Shown: one piece after another, positions 38,201-51,641 of the stretch | Position numbering within the stretch: position 1 is the first letter of the stretch | How the letters are laid out: every line of letters begins with the position of its first letter | Assembly: GCA_040954595.2 (NCBI GenBank) | Contig: CM082581.2 | Coordinates: forward strand, 2,162,699-2,226,698 | Reading direction: 5' to 3' | Origin: Balanoglossus misakiensis | Taxonomy: Eukaryota > Animalia > Hemichordata | DNA length: 64,000 bases | The notes under the pieces: generated by a model | The model's input: the letters and a program-made list of their open reading frames with translations, nothing else | Databases searched by the model: none | Told to the model about the DNA's origin: nothing | Program-made: the position numbers and the translations under genes

Positions 38201-39948
38201 CACTGTTTGTTCCTTTGATTTGTGTATCATTTGATAAACTGCAGCCATACACATTCATTGACGAGAAGTGTCAAAACATCCACAGGTCTATTCATTGAAT
38301 GTGAGGTGCAAAGCTAGAAATGGAGATGTTACTAGTAGTGTAATACAAAGACAGCAAATAGCAGCCGGACTTGTTTCCTACAAAAAAATCCAGCCATGTC
38401 ATGTTGCTGGAAAGTCTTTGTACTTCAATAACAATACAGTCCAATTATGAAAGGGAAAGCTATGGATATGTCCTGTTTTAAACATTTGTTTGTACTATTT
38501 TGATATTCGCCATGTTAATATCACCACAAGCTAATATCCAAACTACACACAACTGCAAGTTCACTGGCCTCAAGTCACTTGTGGATGTTGACACTAATAC
38601 CCATTAAAACTTCCTATCTGGGAACATGTAAATGCACACTACAGGAAAACAAACCAATAATTCAGAACACTATTGTGACGGTCACAGAACTTGTGAATTT
38701 ATTACAAAAGCAGTCATCCTGAAAATTGAAATACACAACCTGACGACCATCACTGATTTTAGTCAGCTACCATCACTGAATGAAGAACTCAAACAAAAAA
38801 TTGCTTAATACGCTGTTAAAAATAACAATGCAACAAAAAACACAAATGATCGACTCCAGTCATATATGTACATCAAGCAACATCAACTGAAAGGCTACAG
38901 GCAGTATCGTCAATACACAGGTTGTTGTTGCTATGCTCAAGGCGTCAATGAATTGGTGGTCACATTTCATTGAACAATGAATGGGCAAGTGCTCACTCAC
39001 TTCTTCAGTGAATTTCACTGTTTGTTTATCTTATCATAAAAACTTGGGCACCACAGTCCTTTGGATAAAAATATTCATGTGTGGTGATTTAAAATCAGTG
39101 TTGCAAGAAACAGAATTAATCACAGGATTAATGGCTTCTGATTGAAAAATACTAAATGCTTAATATGCCATATGCCGCACACAGAGTGATCACATTAGTC
39201 AATTGGACCGCTGTTCCGAAGGACTAAAATGATTGCAATGTTTTAATATTATATTTATTTTACAAAACCCTTACATCTGAGCTTTACTTTAAAGTACTTC
39301 CATTTACAAGTAGTACAAGTACACATCAGTTAACATTGACAGCTAGGCATGACGTCATAGATGTAGGACTTCAAAACTGACATTCTGAACAGTGGGGGCG
39401 CTCTATCATAGTGGGTTTTAATGAACATGTGTATTTAATTTCATGAATCAGATATATCAATGAAAACTGTGTGTTTTAACATACGCTTATTGTTTATGCA
39501 TTTGCAGTATCTAGTCATATTACAGTAATACACCAGACATGTTCTTAACTCAATCAATGTGTGTGTGTAAGTTCAATTTCTGACCACACTCAGATTACCC
39601 AAGTCCATGTGACCAACTCTACTGCAAGTATACAGACTTGAACTCCGGAAAACTAGTCACCTACAATACTTGAACTGGAGCCACATCCAAAACTTGACTT
39701 TGAGATATTTTATCAAATCAGTGCTCCTTTTAGAATTAGAACTCCCATGCAATTTTTGTGACAGAAGAAATAAAGAGATTCCCAGAAAGAACCTCCCAGT
39801 TCCCTTTTTAGAGGTCCAACCTTACCATAGAAAACAACGGGTTTGGACTGTACCATGGTGGTGAAATGGTTAAGCCAGAGCATGTATCAAAATACAGTAA
39901 AACCTGTCTCAACCAAAACCTGTCTATTACAAGGACATTGTTCAAACT

Positions 39949-41104
39949 CCTAGGTTCACTTTTGTTAAATCGCAACACCTGGTCCAGAGCAGTGCAAACA
40001 TTGGCTAATCAAGCCAGCAAGGTGTTGTCTCTACTCTCAGTTGCCAGGTGGAAACTAGGGTATATGCCATTTGAATGTCACTTCAAGGTGTTTGATGCCA
40101 TGATCTTACTCATTCTTTGTTATGGATCGGAGACTTGAGTTTTATGACATCATAGAAAAAGTGCAAAGAACATGGTGCAGAATTTTTCTAGGTGTGCCAA
40201 GGAGCACTACCAATGAAGCTGTTATTGGAGAATGTGGGCGGTTGCCAGTGTATGTTCACACAATGTTGTATTCGTTACTGGGTGAAACTTATAGAGATGC
40301 CACAGGAAAGACTCCCTAGGCAAGCATATTTAATGCTACATACGTAATCTTGACTGTTTAGGCCGTCACACTTGGGCAACATCGGTGAAACACATTTTAT
40401 TTTCGCCTGGATTTCTCAGGAAAGAGGCGATAAGCGTTTGTTCCTTTCAGCATTTGAGACAAGAATTTCAGATATTTTGAAGCAACAATGGAAATCACAC
40501 TGTCCGTCCAAAACCAAACTCCGTACATACACACATTTTAAATAATTGTTACAGCCTGAAAAGTAGTTAATGTCAACTGTACACGTAATGTCAAAGACAT
40601 TTTTGCATGTTTTCGCTGTTCTGCCCTTCCTCTTGCAATAGAGGAGGGAAGAGATCAGAATGTGGACGTTTCAGAGAGACACTGTAGGCTATGCTCTGGT
40701 GCACAAATAGAAGACGAGTATCACTTTTTACTTGTTTGCCCCTTATATGACAGTCTTAGAAAACAATATATTGGTTACACTAAAATTCCCCACATTCAAA
40801 TGTTTGTTAATATCAGGAGCGCATCAGAATCCTCAAGTATTTATGTTTACAATGCCTTTAAACTTAGAGAAAATGTGTTAAAAAACTTAATCTGCTAAGT
40901 TCCTCACTTTGTATCCCGAGTACGTACTTCCACACAAGTGCTGCTTGATGTTGTCATTTATATTATTTGAGTACATGTATTATTTATTTCATTTTCGTAC
41001 AATTTTCTGATTACCTTTATGCCCTCTTACCTATGGGCTGGAGGCCTTGACAATCAATTAACGTGCACTGTTGTGCACCTGAACAATGAACAACAAATCA
41101 ATCA
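39949..41104 (+). mobile_element. 5'-truncated, frameshifted RTE-X-like LINE: ORF2 C-terminus with zinc-binding motif, 3' UTR and short-repeat tail
   Basis: Fragments FKVFDAMILLILCYGSE, IEKVQRTWCRIFLGVPRSTTNEAVIGECGRLP, RYWVKLIEMPQERLPRQAY, FRCSALPLAIEEGR and RHCRLCSGAQIEDEYHFLLVCPLYDSLRKQY. Ends in AACAA/AATC repeats. Confidence 0.88.
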
Positions 41105-41429
41105 CACATTCTCACTGAATCGAAAGCTGTATATGACACAAGCGCTGATTCAGATTGGATGACAAAGCTAAATGTTATCCTATGATACAGAAACTACAAC
41201 GTGCCAGATGACAGTTCAAGAGTCATTTATTTAATGTTTTAAAACGAATTTGGCTAATTTGTGGCCGTGTGAGAAATATAATCTCACACACCAAGGACCT
41301 GGGATCATATTTCTCACACTCGTCAGGGATATTTTGTCCCACACTCGACTGCAGCTTGTTTGGGACAGAAAATCCTCAACACATGTGAGAAATATGATCC
41401 CAAGTCCTTGGGAGTGTGAGATTCTATTA
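41101..41429 (-). mobile_element. Palindromic Crypton-like non-autonomous element, inverted copy of 57987-58350
   Basis: Reverse-complement match to 57987-58350, e.g. TCTCACTGAATCGAAAGCTGTATATGAC and GGGAGTGTGAGATTCTATTA; ~150-bp hairpin at 41280-41425. Confidence 0.8.
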
Positions 41430-41948
41430 GTCTTACAACCTTAGGACCTGGTAAAAGATTTCTCAGACGAGTTGGGGATATTTTTAGCTCGTGTTAGACA
41501 AGCCAAAATATCCCTGATGAGTGTAAGAAATTGCGTTAAGTACACGGTGGTCCCATTCACGGATAATACAAGAAAAAAGTCTACACCGGAGTACATATAC
41601 AGACAGACACACACACACACACACACACACATCAAGAGATCAACAGGCAAACATTGGCTGACCCATAAGCTGCCAATGGCACGTGTACTGTACACACACC
41701 AAATAGAACAGCTGGTCTCTTTAACAGTTAGCCAGTTATGTAAACATGCAGTTACCAATCACTGTTATTATTAACAAATTGCATCCAAGTCCAGACCCAG
41801 GCTTGAATACAATGTTTACACATAACAACATTGCTTACCCATCGAGCTGAACAAGAAATGATGGTTGATAACCAGAAAAATACTAAATAAAAATTCAAAA
41901 GTTACAGATACTGGACCTTTCGTTGTCCACATATTGTGCTGGTCTTAC

Positions 41949-42056
41949 CTGTACACTCTCCATTGACCAATCAATATCCCACAGAACAAGTGCAATAAAA
42001 AGAGCCTGCTGTATTCACACACTGGCGTTCACAAAGATCTGCTCTCTTATTGACAT
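41949..42056 (-). pseudogene. Calcium-binding EGF exon with premature stop and lost first cysteine
   Basis: Splice sites TTGATTTCAG| and |GTAAGA, 108 bp, phase 1-1. Translates (D)VNKRADLCERQCVNTAGSFYCTCSVGY*LVNGECT. Confidence 0.85.
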
Positions 42057-42183
42057 CTGAAATCAAAGATAGTTTATTATTTTTAATTTTATTATTATTT
42101 ATTTCCTGACAAACGTAATACACATTCATCTTAGTGCATTTTCTACTGAAAATAATAAAATTGGAAAACAAGTGAAAGCTTAA

Positions 42184-44828
42184 AGAGCATATCTTGCCTT
42201 TTTAAATCTTATCAGAAGGTTAAAAAATGATTGAAAGAAATCTAATATTTACCAAAAGTGACAATATTTTTCGGGTATCGATTTCTATAATATTTGTTTT
42301 GTTCTCATAAAATAGACCAGCTTTAGCGATGCTCACAGGTGTCATACGGTGTTTTCGTGCTTTTCTGTGTAATACCACAATGGGAAAAAGAGGTGGTTGC
42401 CGTGGTTGCAGCAACACATTACCTAGACGGAAGTCACCCATGTGAATTCCCCGAAAACCAATGAAAGTCTATGCCACGATCATCGATATTGTACGGTGGA
42501 TATGAAGCCATCCGGCGGCGGCGGCCGTAACTGTCAATGCATGACCGTTGAACGATAATCGGCCAGGTTTGAATCACGAGAAGACAATCCACACCCTTAC
42601 AGGAAAATAGAAGCCTGTCAGTAGGAGAGGTCGACCAGTGATCAATATTCAATTCAGAGCACAACTGATCGTTTATACCCGATATTGGTGTTCATTCAGT
42701 GTTCCAGCGACCGCGATTACACAGTAGAAGGTGAACTGGCAGGAGGCGTAAACACAATTTTGCGCTGGCCGACATCATGTCGAGATTGCTTATAATTATT
42801 CACTCTTTCGTCTGGCTACCCGGTACCCAGGGACCGCAAACTTCGATAATTAAGGTTGACAGCAATCAATGTGAAAACTTGAACGTTCAAAATATTACTG
42901 TTACTATTTCACATTTTTTTCAGTCATACCTTTGTATGGCTTCGGCTGAATGGTCGCCATCTTTCTTTTCTAATTTCTTTGTTTACAAGTTTTACGTAGC
43001 ACTATGTCCGACTCATCGGTTCCAAAACACACTGTACAAATTTTGAAACAAAATGTGTTGAATAAATTTTGCCGCGTGTGAGTGAAAACCGTTTCCAAAC
43101 TTGGATATTCGTGTGTATCAATGAAAATGTTTCATGCTTTGTGAGCGTGAGTGGGTCGGCCCGGCATGATCGCCTGTTGCTGTTGGTTGTATGGTTTCAT
43201 TTTGTTATAATGCAGTATGAAGCATGTGAAGGAACTTTCATGATTACAGCGACAAGTCATAAATGTTTCTGTTTGTCATCACCAAAAAGGCATATAGCTT
43301 ACATGTAATTCAGAAGACAGAATTTTAGTGCTGGCATGGTACATATACATCGCGGCGCGATATGTGTCATCGCTGCTGACTGCGTGTACACGCATCGGCG
43401 CTGATGGAGTTCCCTTGTAATAACACGCGCGTATTTTGTCTGTTGAGGCAGTGATCGAAAATCGCCAAAAGACCACGATATATCAGTTGTTAATAAGTTG
43501 ACATTGTCCAAGATAAGTAGATTGAGACCCAACACTCTAGTCCTAAACCTCTGGGCAATATTCCACGGTTTAAGATGGGTCCCCCGGATCTTTTTGCCCG
43601 TTGCTATGGGCCTTTGCAGGACATTACACCCCGATTTGGACTAAGCCGTTTTCAGAGTCTAACAAGGGGCTGGTAACTAGTTGAAAATCTGCACGATTGT
43701 GAGCGCGCGCCCCCTGACGCCATTGATATGCAAATTAGCTAGGTCAAATTTCAAAAGCCTAAGGCTTTTTATTCCGTGACCTCAAAAACGAACTTGATAC
43801 GTATTCATTAGTTGCTTGAACCAGGGAAGATCGTGACGGATTTTGTTTTCGAATATTATCGTTGTATCCTACGATTTCAGCATACCCGTACCACAGCGGA
43901 AAAAGTCATCGATTTTAGGTGTTTTTGGACGCACTCTTCCACCGGTATCGCTTCTTAGCACGACGAAAACCGAAAAAACGATCCGTCACACTGTGAGGAA
44001 GTGCGTTCTCAACAAGCAGATCAAATTTGACTGGCGTACGTGGCCTATGAAAAAAGCCTTAGGGATTTTCGTGAACGGTACAAAATCTCTGTGTACAAAA
44101 CATTGGATTTTTAGCGTTCGATCCAGTTACTGTGGTCACAGGACGCGCATGCTATCGCTGACCGCTGCTTTACCGTATTAGCGTGGCGGCCTATGGCCGG
44201 GCGGTAGCTGCCGTAAACATACTCGGACAGGGGGTGTGCACACAATCGTGTGTATTTTTAACTAGTTACAAGCCCCTTGTCGGACGTTCATAACGGTTTC
44301 GATCAAAATTGAGTGTAGTGTCCTATAAAGGCCCATAGAAACGAGCAAAAAGATACGGGGGACCCATCTTAATCGAGGCAGCAATCATTGTATGTGTAAG
44401 GTGCCTATACACATCCGCTGCCATTGCATGTTGTGTACTGCTTGCAATGCGTAGCCGTAGCCTAACCGGGCCGAGTAGTGTTATTTTTTTCATAATCGCA
44501 TCTCCCCTAAATGAAAAGGTATATATGTACATTTATTTTGAATGGAACGGGGGATCCAGAGGCTGACCCAGCAAAGCTGTTTAGATCACAGACATGTATG
44601 ATTGCAATTCAACCACTGCAATGTACAGTCTTGCAAACGTAAATGGGTTCCTCTTGTGACGTCACAGAAATGGGCGTGGCCCAAACAGAAGTTTTTTCTC
44701 AGGCCCTGAACATTTTTAAATTTAACATTTATTTATCCATATGAAATAAGTAAAAGGACACCAGCATTTAACACACAAGCCCAATTATTATTTATCCTCA
44801 AAGTGTGTTTCGAGCTAAGATATGCTCT
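42184..44828. mobile_element. 2.6-kb non-autonomous Kolobok-like DNA transposon in the intron between the EGF exons
   Basis: TTAA|AGAGCATATCTT ... AAGATATGCTCT|TTAA: TTAA duplication and RR..YY termini, with a CpG-rich non-coding interior. Confidence 0.8.
43574..44368. mobile_element. 795-bp Kolobok-like element nested in the previous one
   Basis: TTAA|GATGGGTCCCCCGGATCTTTTTGC ... GCAAAAAGATACGGGGGACCCATC|TTAA, with an imperfect TIR of ~60 bp. Confidence 0.85.
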
Positions 44829-45447
44829 TTAAAGGATAAAAAAATTACACTTAAAAACCCCAAAGAAACCAAAACAGTTCTGAAAGACATTCCTTTTAAA
44901 CCAAAAAAAGCAATGGAATGAAATTGTGCAGAATAAAAAGACGAGTTTTTAAACCCCTTTTAAAACTGTCTATAGATCCAGCATTGCGGATAGAAGGTGA
45001 GGTTGATGACACATATTCGTAACCACATATTAATTGATCAGTTGATTGTTTTTACACCAAAGTCCAAATATCCATGGCAATCTCTTTCTAGGAATTTTAA
45101 CACTCTCTATCATTCTCATTTTAACAAAATCCCCTGAAACTCGTGTACCCTGTCAGCAAAACTTTGTCTGATTTTTAAAACAACAGATTACTTTTTCACC
45201 CTTGCAAACAAATTTTCAATGCTAAGTTTTCACATTTGTTAATTTGTTTATATTATGCATAATTATAATTGGAAAATTTCTGAGATACAATTTCAACAAA
45301 CATGTGTTCAGTACGAGTGTGCGGTTGATTTCAAATTTTAAAATGTGTGCAATGGACAGACAGGATGCATGTTTTATTGTAACCATAGCAATATACAATC
45401 CCCAAACAGTGTAGCCACAGAAGAGATCAATATCCACAGTTACATAC

Positions 45448-45570
45448 CTGCACATGCATGGCCATCCTCCAGCACATTGAAGCCTTGTCTGCAAGCGCAG
45501 CAATAACTACCATGGGTATTCTGACAATAGTGTTGACACGCATTTCCACAACTGTGACATTTATTCATAT
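45448..45570 (-). CDS. Calcium-binding EGF-like domain exon (open, but the gene is probably non-functional)
   Basis: Splice sites CCCTCCAG| and |GTATGT, 123 bp, phase 1-1. Translates (D)MNKCHSCGNACQHYCQNTHGSYCCACRQGFNVLEDGHACA. Confidence 0.85.
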
Positions 45571-45884
45571 CTGGAGGGTAAGAAGAAATTCGAAATAATT
45601 TACAAGCATTACATTATTCAAGATAAGCCTACTCTTAACAACTGGAATCTCACACCAAAGACAACTGGGCTCAGATTATAACAAGATGGGGATAATTTTT
45701 CTCAATTTCATCATTTGAGACAACATATCCCCAAACTTATGTAGTGTCGACGTAACATTATAACATAGTTATATCACTGTCAGGCATTTGTGTCCTACAG
45801 TCAAGGGGTTTTAGACACCTGCAGTCATTTTGATGGCGTTGGTTTGAATCCCACCAGTGCCAGAAGTGTCCCTTACGAAAAAGG

Positions 45885-47077
45885 TTCTATAGAACTCTAT
45901 AGACCTCTATAGAAACGTGTAGAATTCAATAGAAAATCAATAGAAATTTATTTTCTATAGAATTCTACAGGTGACTTCTATTAATTTTCAACAGAAAATC
46001 AATAGAATATTATTTTCTATAGAATTATACAGATGATTTCCATTAAACTAGCCGTCAATAGATTTTCTATTGAAAATATTACCTAGCATGAAATAAGTGA
46101 AAAATGATTTTTAATAGGTTTTAACATGATTATCATACAATGACAAAGCAATTTGTAAGATTTGCCCCCATTACACATATTTCACTGTGAACAAAGTATA
46201 TTTTAACAGAAATCCACAGACTCTATTGAATTCTATTGATGTCAATAGATTTTCTATTGAAAAATATTGTCAACCTTGAAATGGTTGAAAGAAATATTTT
46301 TCCCTAGTTTTTAGCAAATGTGTGCACATAATCAACACAAAACGACAAATGAATTTGTCAGGTTTGGCCCAACTACATATATTTCACTGTGAACAGTGTA
46401 TTTTAACAAAAATCCACTGACTCTATTGAATTCTATTGCCGTCAATAGATTTTCTATTGAAAAATATTGTCAACCTTGAAATGGTTGAAAGAAATATTTT
46501 TCCCTAGTTTTTAGCAAATGTGTGCACATAATCATCACAAAATGACAAAGGAATTTGTCAGGTTTGGCCCAACTACATACATTTCACTGTGAACAGTGTA
46601 TTTTAACAAAAATCCACTGTCTCTATTGAATTCTATTGCCGTCAATAGATTTTCTATTGAAAAATATTGCCAACCATGAAATAGGTGAAAGAAACATTTT
46701 CCCCTAGTTTTTAGCAAATGTGTGCACATAATCAACACAAAACGACAAATGAATTTGTCAGGTTTGGCCCAACTACATATATTTCACTGTGAACAGTGTA
46801 TTTTAACAAAAATCCACTGACTCTATTGAATTCTATTGCCGTCAATAGATTTTCTATTGAAAAATATTGCCAACCATGAAATAGGTGAAAGAAACATTTT
46901 CCCCTAGTTTTTAGCAAATGTGTGCACATAATCATCACAAAATGACAAAGAGTTTGTCAGGTTTGCCCCAACTACATACATTTCACTGTGAACAGTGTAT
47001 TTTAACAAAAATCCACTGTCTCTATTGAATTCTATTGCCGTCAATAGATTTTCTATTGAAAAATATTGCCAACCATG
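45885..47077. repeat. Left subterminal region: short CTATAGA/TCAATAGA motifs followed by ~5 tandem copies of a 197-bp unit
   Basis: Each unit contains TCTATTGAATTCTATTGCCGTCAATAGATTTTCTATTGAAAA. ORF-track offset 46535 to 46732 = 197. Confidence 0.92.
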
Positions 47078-47403
47078 ACCGGACGCTAAGGATTTTGATT
47101 TAGGCGAAGATTGTATCGTTTGGCCATGGAAAGTAACCAGTTCACCCCGAGCAAACAGATACCAGTATACATTCAGCTCAAACACACAGCTATTCATTCT
47201 TAATCATTCTATTTTATATTGTGAATGAATACTTGACAAATATGTCTCTGTAAATAATTCATTTATTACAATTTCAAAATGATATCTGCAAAACACTGGT
47301 ACATATACAAATCTGTATATAAATACAAATCAGAAGAAACGGACTCTCAACTACAGTACTGGGGTAAGTGTTTGCTACCTACAGACTTTTTTTGCAGCCC
47401 TTA

Positions 47404-50400
47404 TCAGTCCCTTTCAAAAGGGTTGGGGAGTGGTGAGAGGTAAATTGACTCACCCATTCCAAGAACTACACATTTACGTCTCAAAAACGACGGTCGCACA
47501 GCAATTCTTTCATGTGAAATCTCACGCAGTGGTTTTACATGTGTACACTGTATGCCAATTTCATTGTCAACAAACATTGACCTCCCACTTAAACACCTAC
47601 TGGCTATCAGGAATGATCTTTCATTACAGTGACAATCACCTTGGCATATGCAACCTGGCCTAAGAATTACAAGGTTTCTTATTACATACAATTGCTCATC
47701 TTGTCCCTGAAAATAATGGTTCGTTCTCTTTGCTGCCCTAGTGTAGCTACTTGTTGTGAACACAGCACCTGATATAGTGAATCTCTTGTAATATTTGGCA
47801 TTCACATTCAAGATAGGGTGGCCCACAGCCTCCTCTATAGCTAACCTGTCTGTCAATCTTATTTCCCGTTTGTCAGCAGCTCCCATGGCCACAACCCCTG
47901 AGCAGCTATGAAAGTCCCTCTTTAAATGCACAATTCCTCTAGACAATTTGTCAAATAGTGGCCTCAGATCACTATCCTGTGGTATTATTGTGGATCTTCT
48001 TGATAAATCTCTCCACAGACAGAATGTGTTTGATATCTGTGAAGGCACACTTTGAGTACCCTGAAATAGCTTCATGATTACACCATTGTGACTTTCAAAC
48101 ACAAAGGAAGATGTAGCCCAGAGAGGTGCCCATTCCCTAACACTACTAGACAAATGCAGTAGAATGTGCATATTAAATGACATCACTTCTTTCCCATAAA
48201 GGCATTCAGTTTGAGTCACAAACTTTCTGATTGCCTGCTCTGCCAGATCAACAGAGCGGGCTGTTACTTTTTCCTGAAGTAACGTGTGGATTCCAAAAAC
48301 CAGCAAAAACCAATGGTTCAGAAAAACTGCAGGTAACACACCTCTCAGAACAATTAAAGAATAGAAAAGGAGAAATGCCCTCCACTCCGAACCTTTCCAA
48401 TACTTTCTGTAATCTAACGATCGTGGTGTCCTGGTTATTTCATTTGGAGGAAACTGCTGCACCAAACAGGAATTAATTACACGTTGTTTAGCAGGGGCTA
48501 AGTACCAGGGTTTCTGCTTGTTTTCACTGTCAAGCCAAAGTGAGGTGATTTGCCTGACAACCCCTAATAAAACGCAATGCAAAAAATCAGGAACAAACCC
48601 TTTCACAATGTCGAAATTGGGAAGCAACATACACACACTGGGTCCCTTCACACCCAATATTGGTCGGTCTCTTTCAACCGCCTGCCTACAACAATCCTCA
48701 TACTGATCGTTATTCCTCAACTCAGGATGAGGAAGATCCTGTACACTATATACACGTGCATGACCATTGCCCTTTGCTATGTATTCCCCTGGGTGCAGGC
48801 ACCAGTCACATCCATACTGCCCATTATACTGTTTGCAATTGCGCATCAAAGGCCTGGCAGCTGAATCAGAAGAACACAATAACACATGGACACATGTTGT
48901 GATTATCTCACCAGAACTTTGATTTCTCCAGGTAAAACCATCATTACCCAATTTCACACATTCTTCAACAAATGGTGCCAAAAAACAATCCATCTGTGGT
49001 TTGGATTGACCAAACCATAGGCCAGGCATGAGAATATTTTGTTTTTGACATTTTGGAGTCAGTTCTGTCACTACACACTGAATGGGCCATATTGAGAAAC
49101 CAGAGGACTTAAAGGCAGGGACCCCATCACAATTCCAGAGAAGGGTTAAGTCATTATCTCTTATGATACCATTTTCAAGGAGATCTTGATAAATGGAGCC
49201 ATCCAATAAATTTGAAACTGACAATTCACTATTAATATTCTGATTTTCTAATAAATCTACAAGTTGGTCCTTGATTGGCATTACAATGAAAAAATTGTTA
49301 TTTGCTACAGATATTTGCTCACTGAAAGGCTCATTACAGCTACCACAAGTGGTGTCAGTTTGAATTTCGCCCTCGGCACCAAGATATGCCATACAACTAC
49401 AGCAATAGAAGTGCTTCTTACACGACACAGCTGTCTCAGCAAAACAGTTCTTAAAAAAGTATTGTGTTGCTGGTACAGTTTCTGGTGCTATCAGGTTAAT
49501 GACGTGCAACAAGTCTTTGAGAGCATCTTTCGTAAGTCGGTGTCTGAGGACAAAAGCCTGGAGAAGTAGACAAAGCTGTTCTGTTGTGACATTCATCTCT
49601 CCAGTTCCTTCTTCAGCTCCCTGAGAATTAGAAAAATAGTAGTACATTTAGAAAAATAGGACAACCAGAAATAACATGAACAATGCAATGGTCACACTCA
49701 CAGGACTGACACATTTAATTGTGATTTGACATTTGTGAAAACAGGTTCTGATCTCTTATGCATTGATCACCAGATTTTGAAAACAGGGGTCATGCTCTAA
49801 ATAATAGGCCTCCTTGAGAATTAAAATAAATGCATTCACAACCATAGAGACACTAGCTTTCATACTTGTATTTTATAATAACGATGTGTATTAAGTTGCA
49901 TTAACATATAAAACAGATTGATTAGTGGAATACTAAACGATGTTGTAATAGCTGTCATGTTTCTGTCAAGGAATCAATGTGTATATTGCACCATGTCCAC
50001 TTTTTCAAGTTGTAAATGCACACCCTTCAGTAAGTACACTTACTTTGAAAGTAAATCATCAAAATAATGTAAAAAGTCATAGATCATAAGTGATTAAGGT
50101 AAGTTACCGCACAAAATTCAAATTGGCAACCATAAAATTTTTAAAGTCAAAAGCAGAACCTACCAATTCATCACCACTTTCTCCTGTGCCCGTCCCATTA
50201 GTGTTTTCGTTTGATATGCGTGTGTGTATAATTTCTTCACTTTCTTCAATCTCTCCACTTCCGCCACTCAGTAAGTTGACATGTGACGTTTCCTGAGGTG
50301 GTACTTGGTCATCTATGATGAATGATGTCTGATCATCTGATGTTTCGTCGGCTGATAAATAGTCATCTGTGTCTGGTTCTGTAGTGCTGTATTCATCAAT

Positions 50401-51212
50401 GTCTGTATCTCTGTGAGAGAAAGTTAGTCCACTTCGATAACTGTCATGAGAGGCGTTACCATCATATAAATATTCATCATTGCCACTTTCAGATTGGTAG
50501 TCACTATTTACAGAACAACTGTCAGTGTCGATGGCGATATCATCAGTCTGAAAGATATGAATAGAATGTGGTTAAGATATGTATTTCAGTATAGCGGGAC
50601 TACATAATGCATATTACATCATTTGATTCTAAATCTCAGAGGAAAGTGCTAATGCTTTAATAGTTCTTATAAAGAAAAGTAGGCTGGTGTCAGTAAGGAC
50701 CTGTTTTTTTTTGTTTTTTTCCCTAAATATTCGTAGTACTAAATTATTTTTCAATTAAAAAATACTGCAGCGGCATAAATGCTGCTATATTTAGACAAAG
50801 AGTTGGAGATGTACAAGCTAGCCTTTTGGACTTTAATAAAACCAAAAAGAACAGAAATAAAATGCATACACTACCTATGACACCCTATAATTATAACAAT
50901 CACCGAGAAATGACAGACAATGCCAGTTTTCGCCCGGCGCTTGCTGCAGTTCCGTAGCCAGCAACTTTCCTCGATGTGTGTGTTACGGAAGGGGCACCTT
51001 TCCGTAACACACACATCGAGGAATGTTGCAGGCTACGGAACTGCAGCTGCAGCAAGCGCGGCGCATACTTCAGGCCGTGGTAAAAAAAGAGCTACACTTA
51101 CCTCTAAACCATGTTTATCGCGAATTCGCCATCTAAACAAGGTTCTCTTTGGAATACTGACTTCGGTATCATTTAGGTAACGCTTGTATGGACCGCGCAC
51201 GACCCTCGACAT
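47404..51212 (-). CDS. CACTA/EnSpm-type DDE transposase, ~903 aa; exons 51212-51102, 50547-50164 and 49620-47404
   Basis: Exon 1 MSRVVRGPYKRYLNDTEVSIPKRTLFRW, an acidic exon 2, and exon 3 with a CxxC/CxxC finger, WNCDGVPAFKSS..SIWP, CSSDSAAR, GQYGCDWC, PDFLHCVLLGV, YWKGSEWR, FNMHILLHL and SSFVFESHNG. All junctions are GT-AG phase 0 with no stops. AATAAA at 47267-47262. Confidence 0.93.
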
Positions 51213-51641
51213 GTCTCTTCCGCGACCTGATGATCTAGTGAATCAGCTGTGCAAGCGTCGGTGACTGCGGTGCATGCTGGGTGATAGATATGGCATCATC
51301 TCAAGTACAAATTTTAACGTTCCGATCGATCTGTGGTACTACTTTAAGGTGAATTTTGGCGTTTCAAAATAAAGTGAATGATATCTTAACGTGTTTTTTT
51401 TTCAAATAACATCTCAGCTCTAAGAAATGCTGTATTTTAAAATCACATGACCTACTGCATGACCTTTGACTCTTCTCATAAACGCCCGCATTTCTTACCC
51501 AGCATGCATCGAGGTAAATAAATAGTCGGCGAACTCCTGACCTTTTACAGCTGATTCAGTAACCACCGAAGACACACTACGCGTCACTCGCTACCAGCTC
51601 CGCTTAAGATTTCGCTATTTACGAACGTCGATCTAGTCACC
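51213..51641. promoter_or_regulatory. Bidirectional promoter with two outward-facing Staf/ZNF143-like sites
   Basis: TCACCCAGCATGCACCGCA on minus at 51284-51266 and TTACCCAGCATGCATCGAG on plus at 51495-51513. The 12-mer ACAGCTGATTCA is mirrored at 51250-51239 (-) and 51547-51558 (+). CpG-rich. Confidence 0.7.

Noticed and set aside
41971-41973. In-frame TGA in the EGF exon as selenocysteine
   Set aside because: It is not at a cysteine position of the EGF pattern, fits CGA to TGA decay, and the exon has also lost its first Cys.
47430-49569. Plus-strand ORFs overlapping the transposase
   Set aside because: Short antisense shadows with no motifs.
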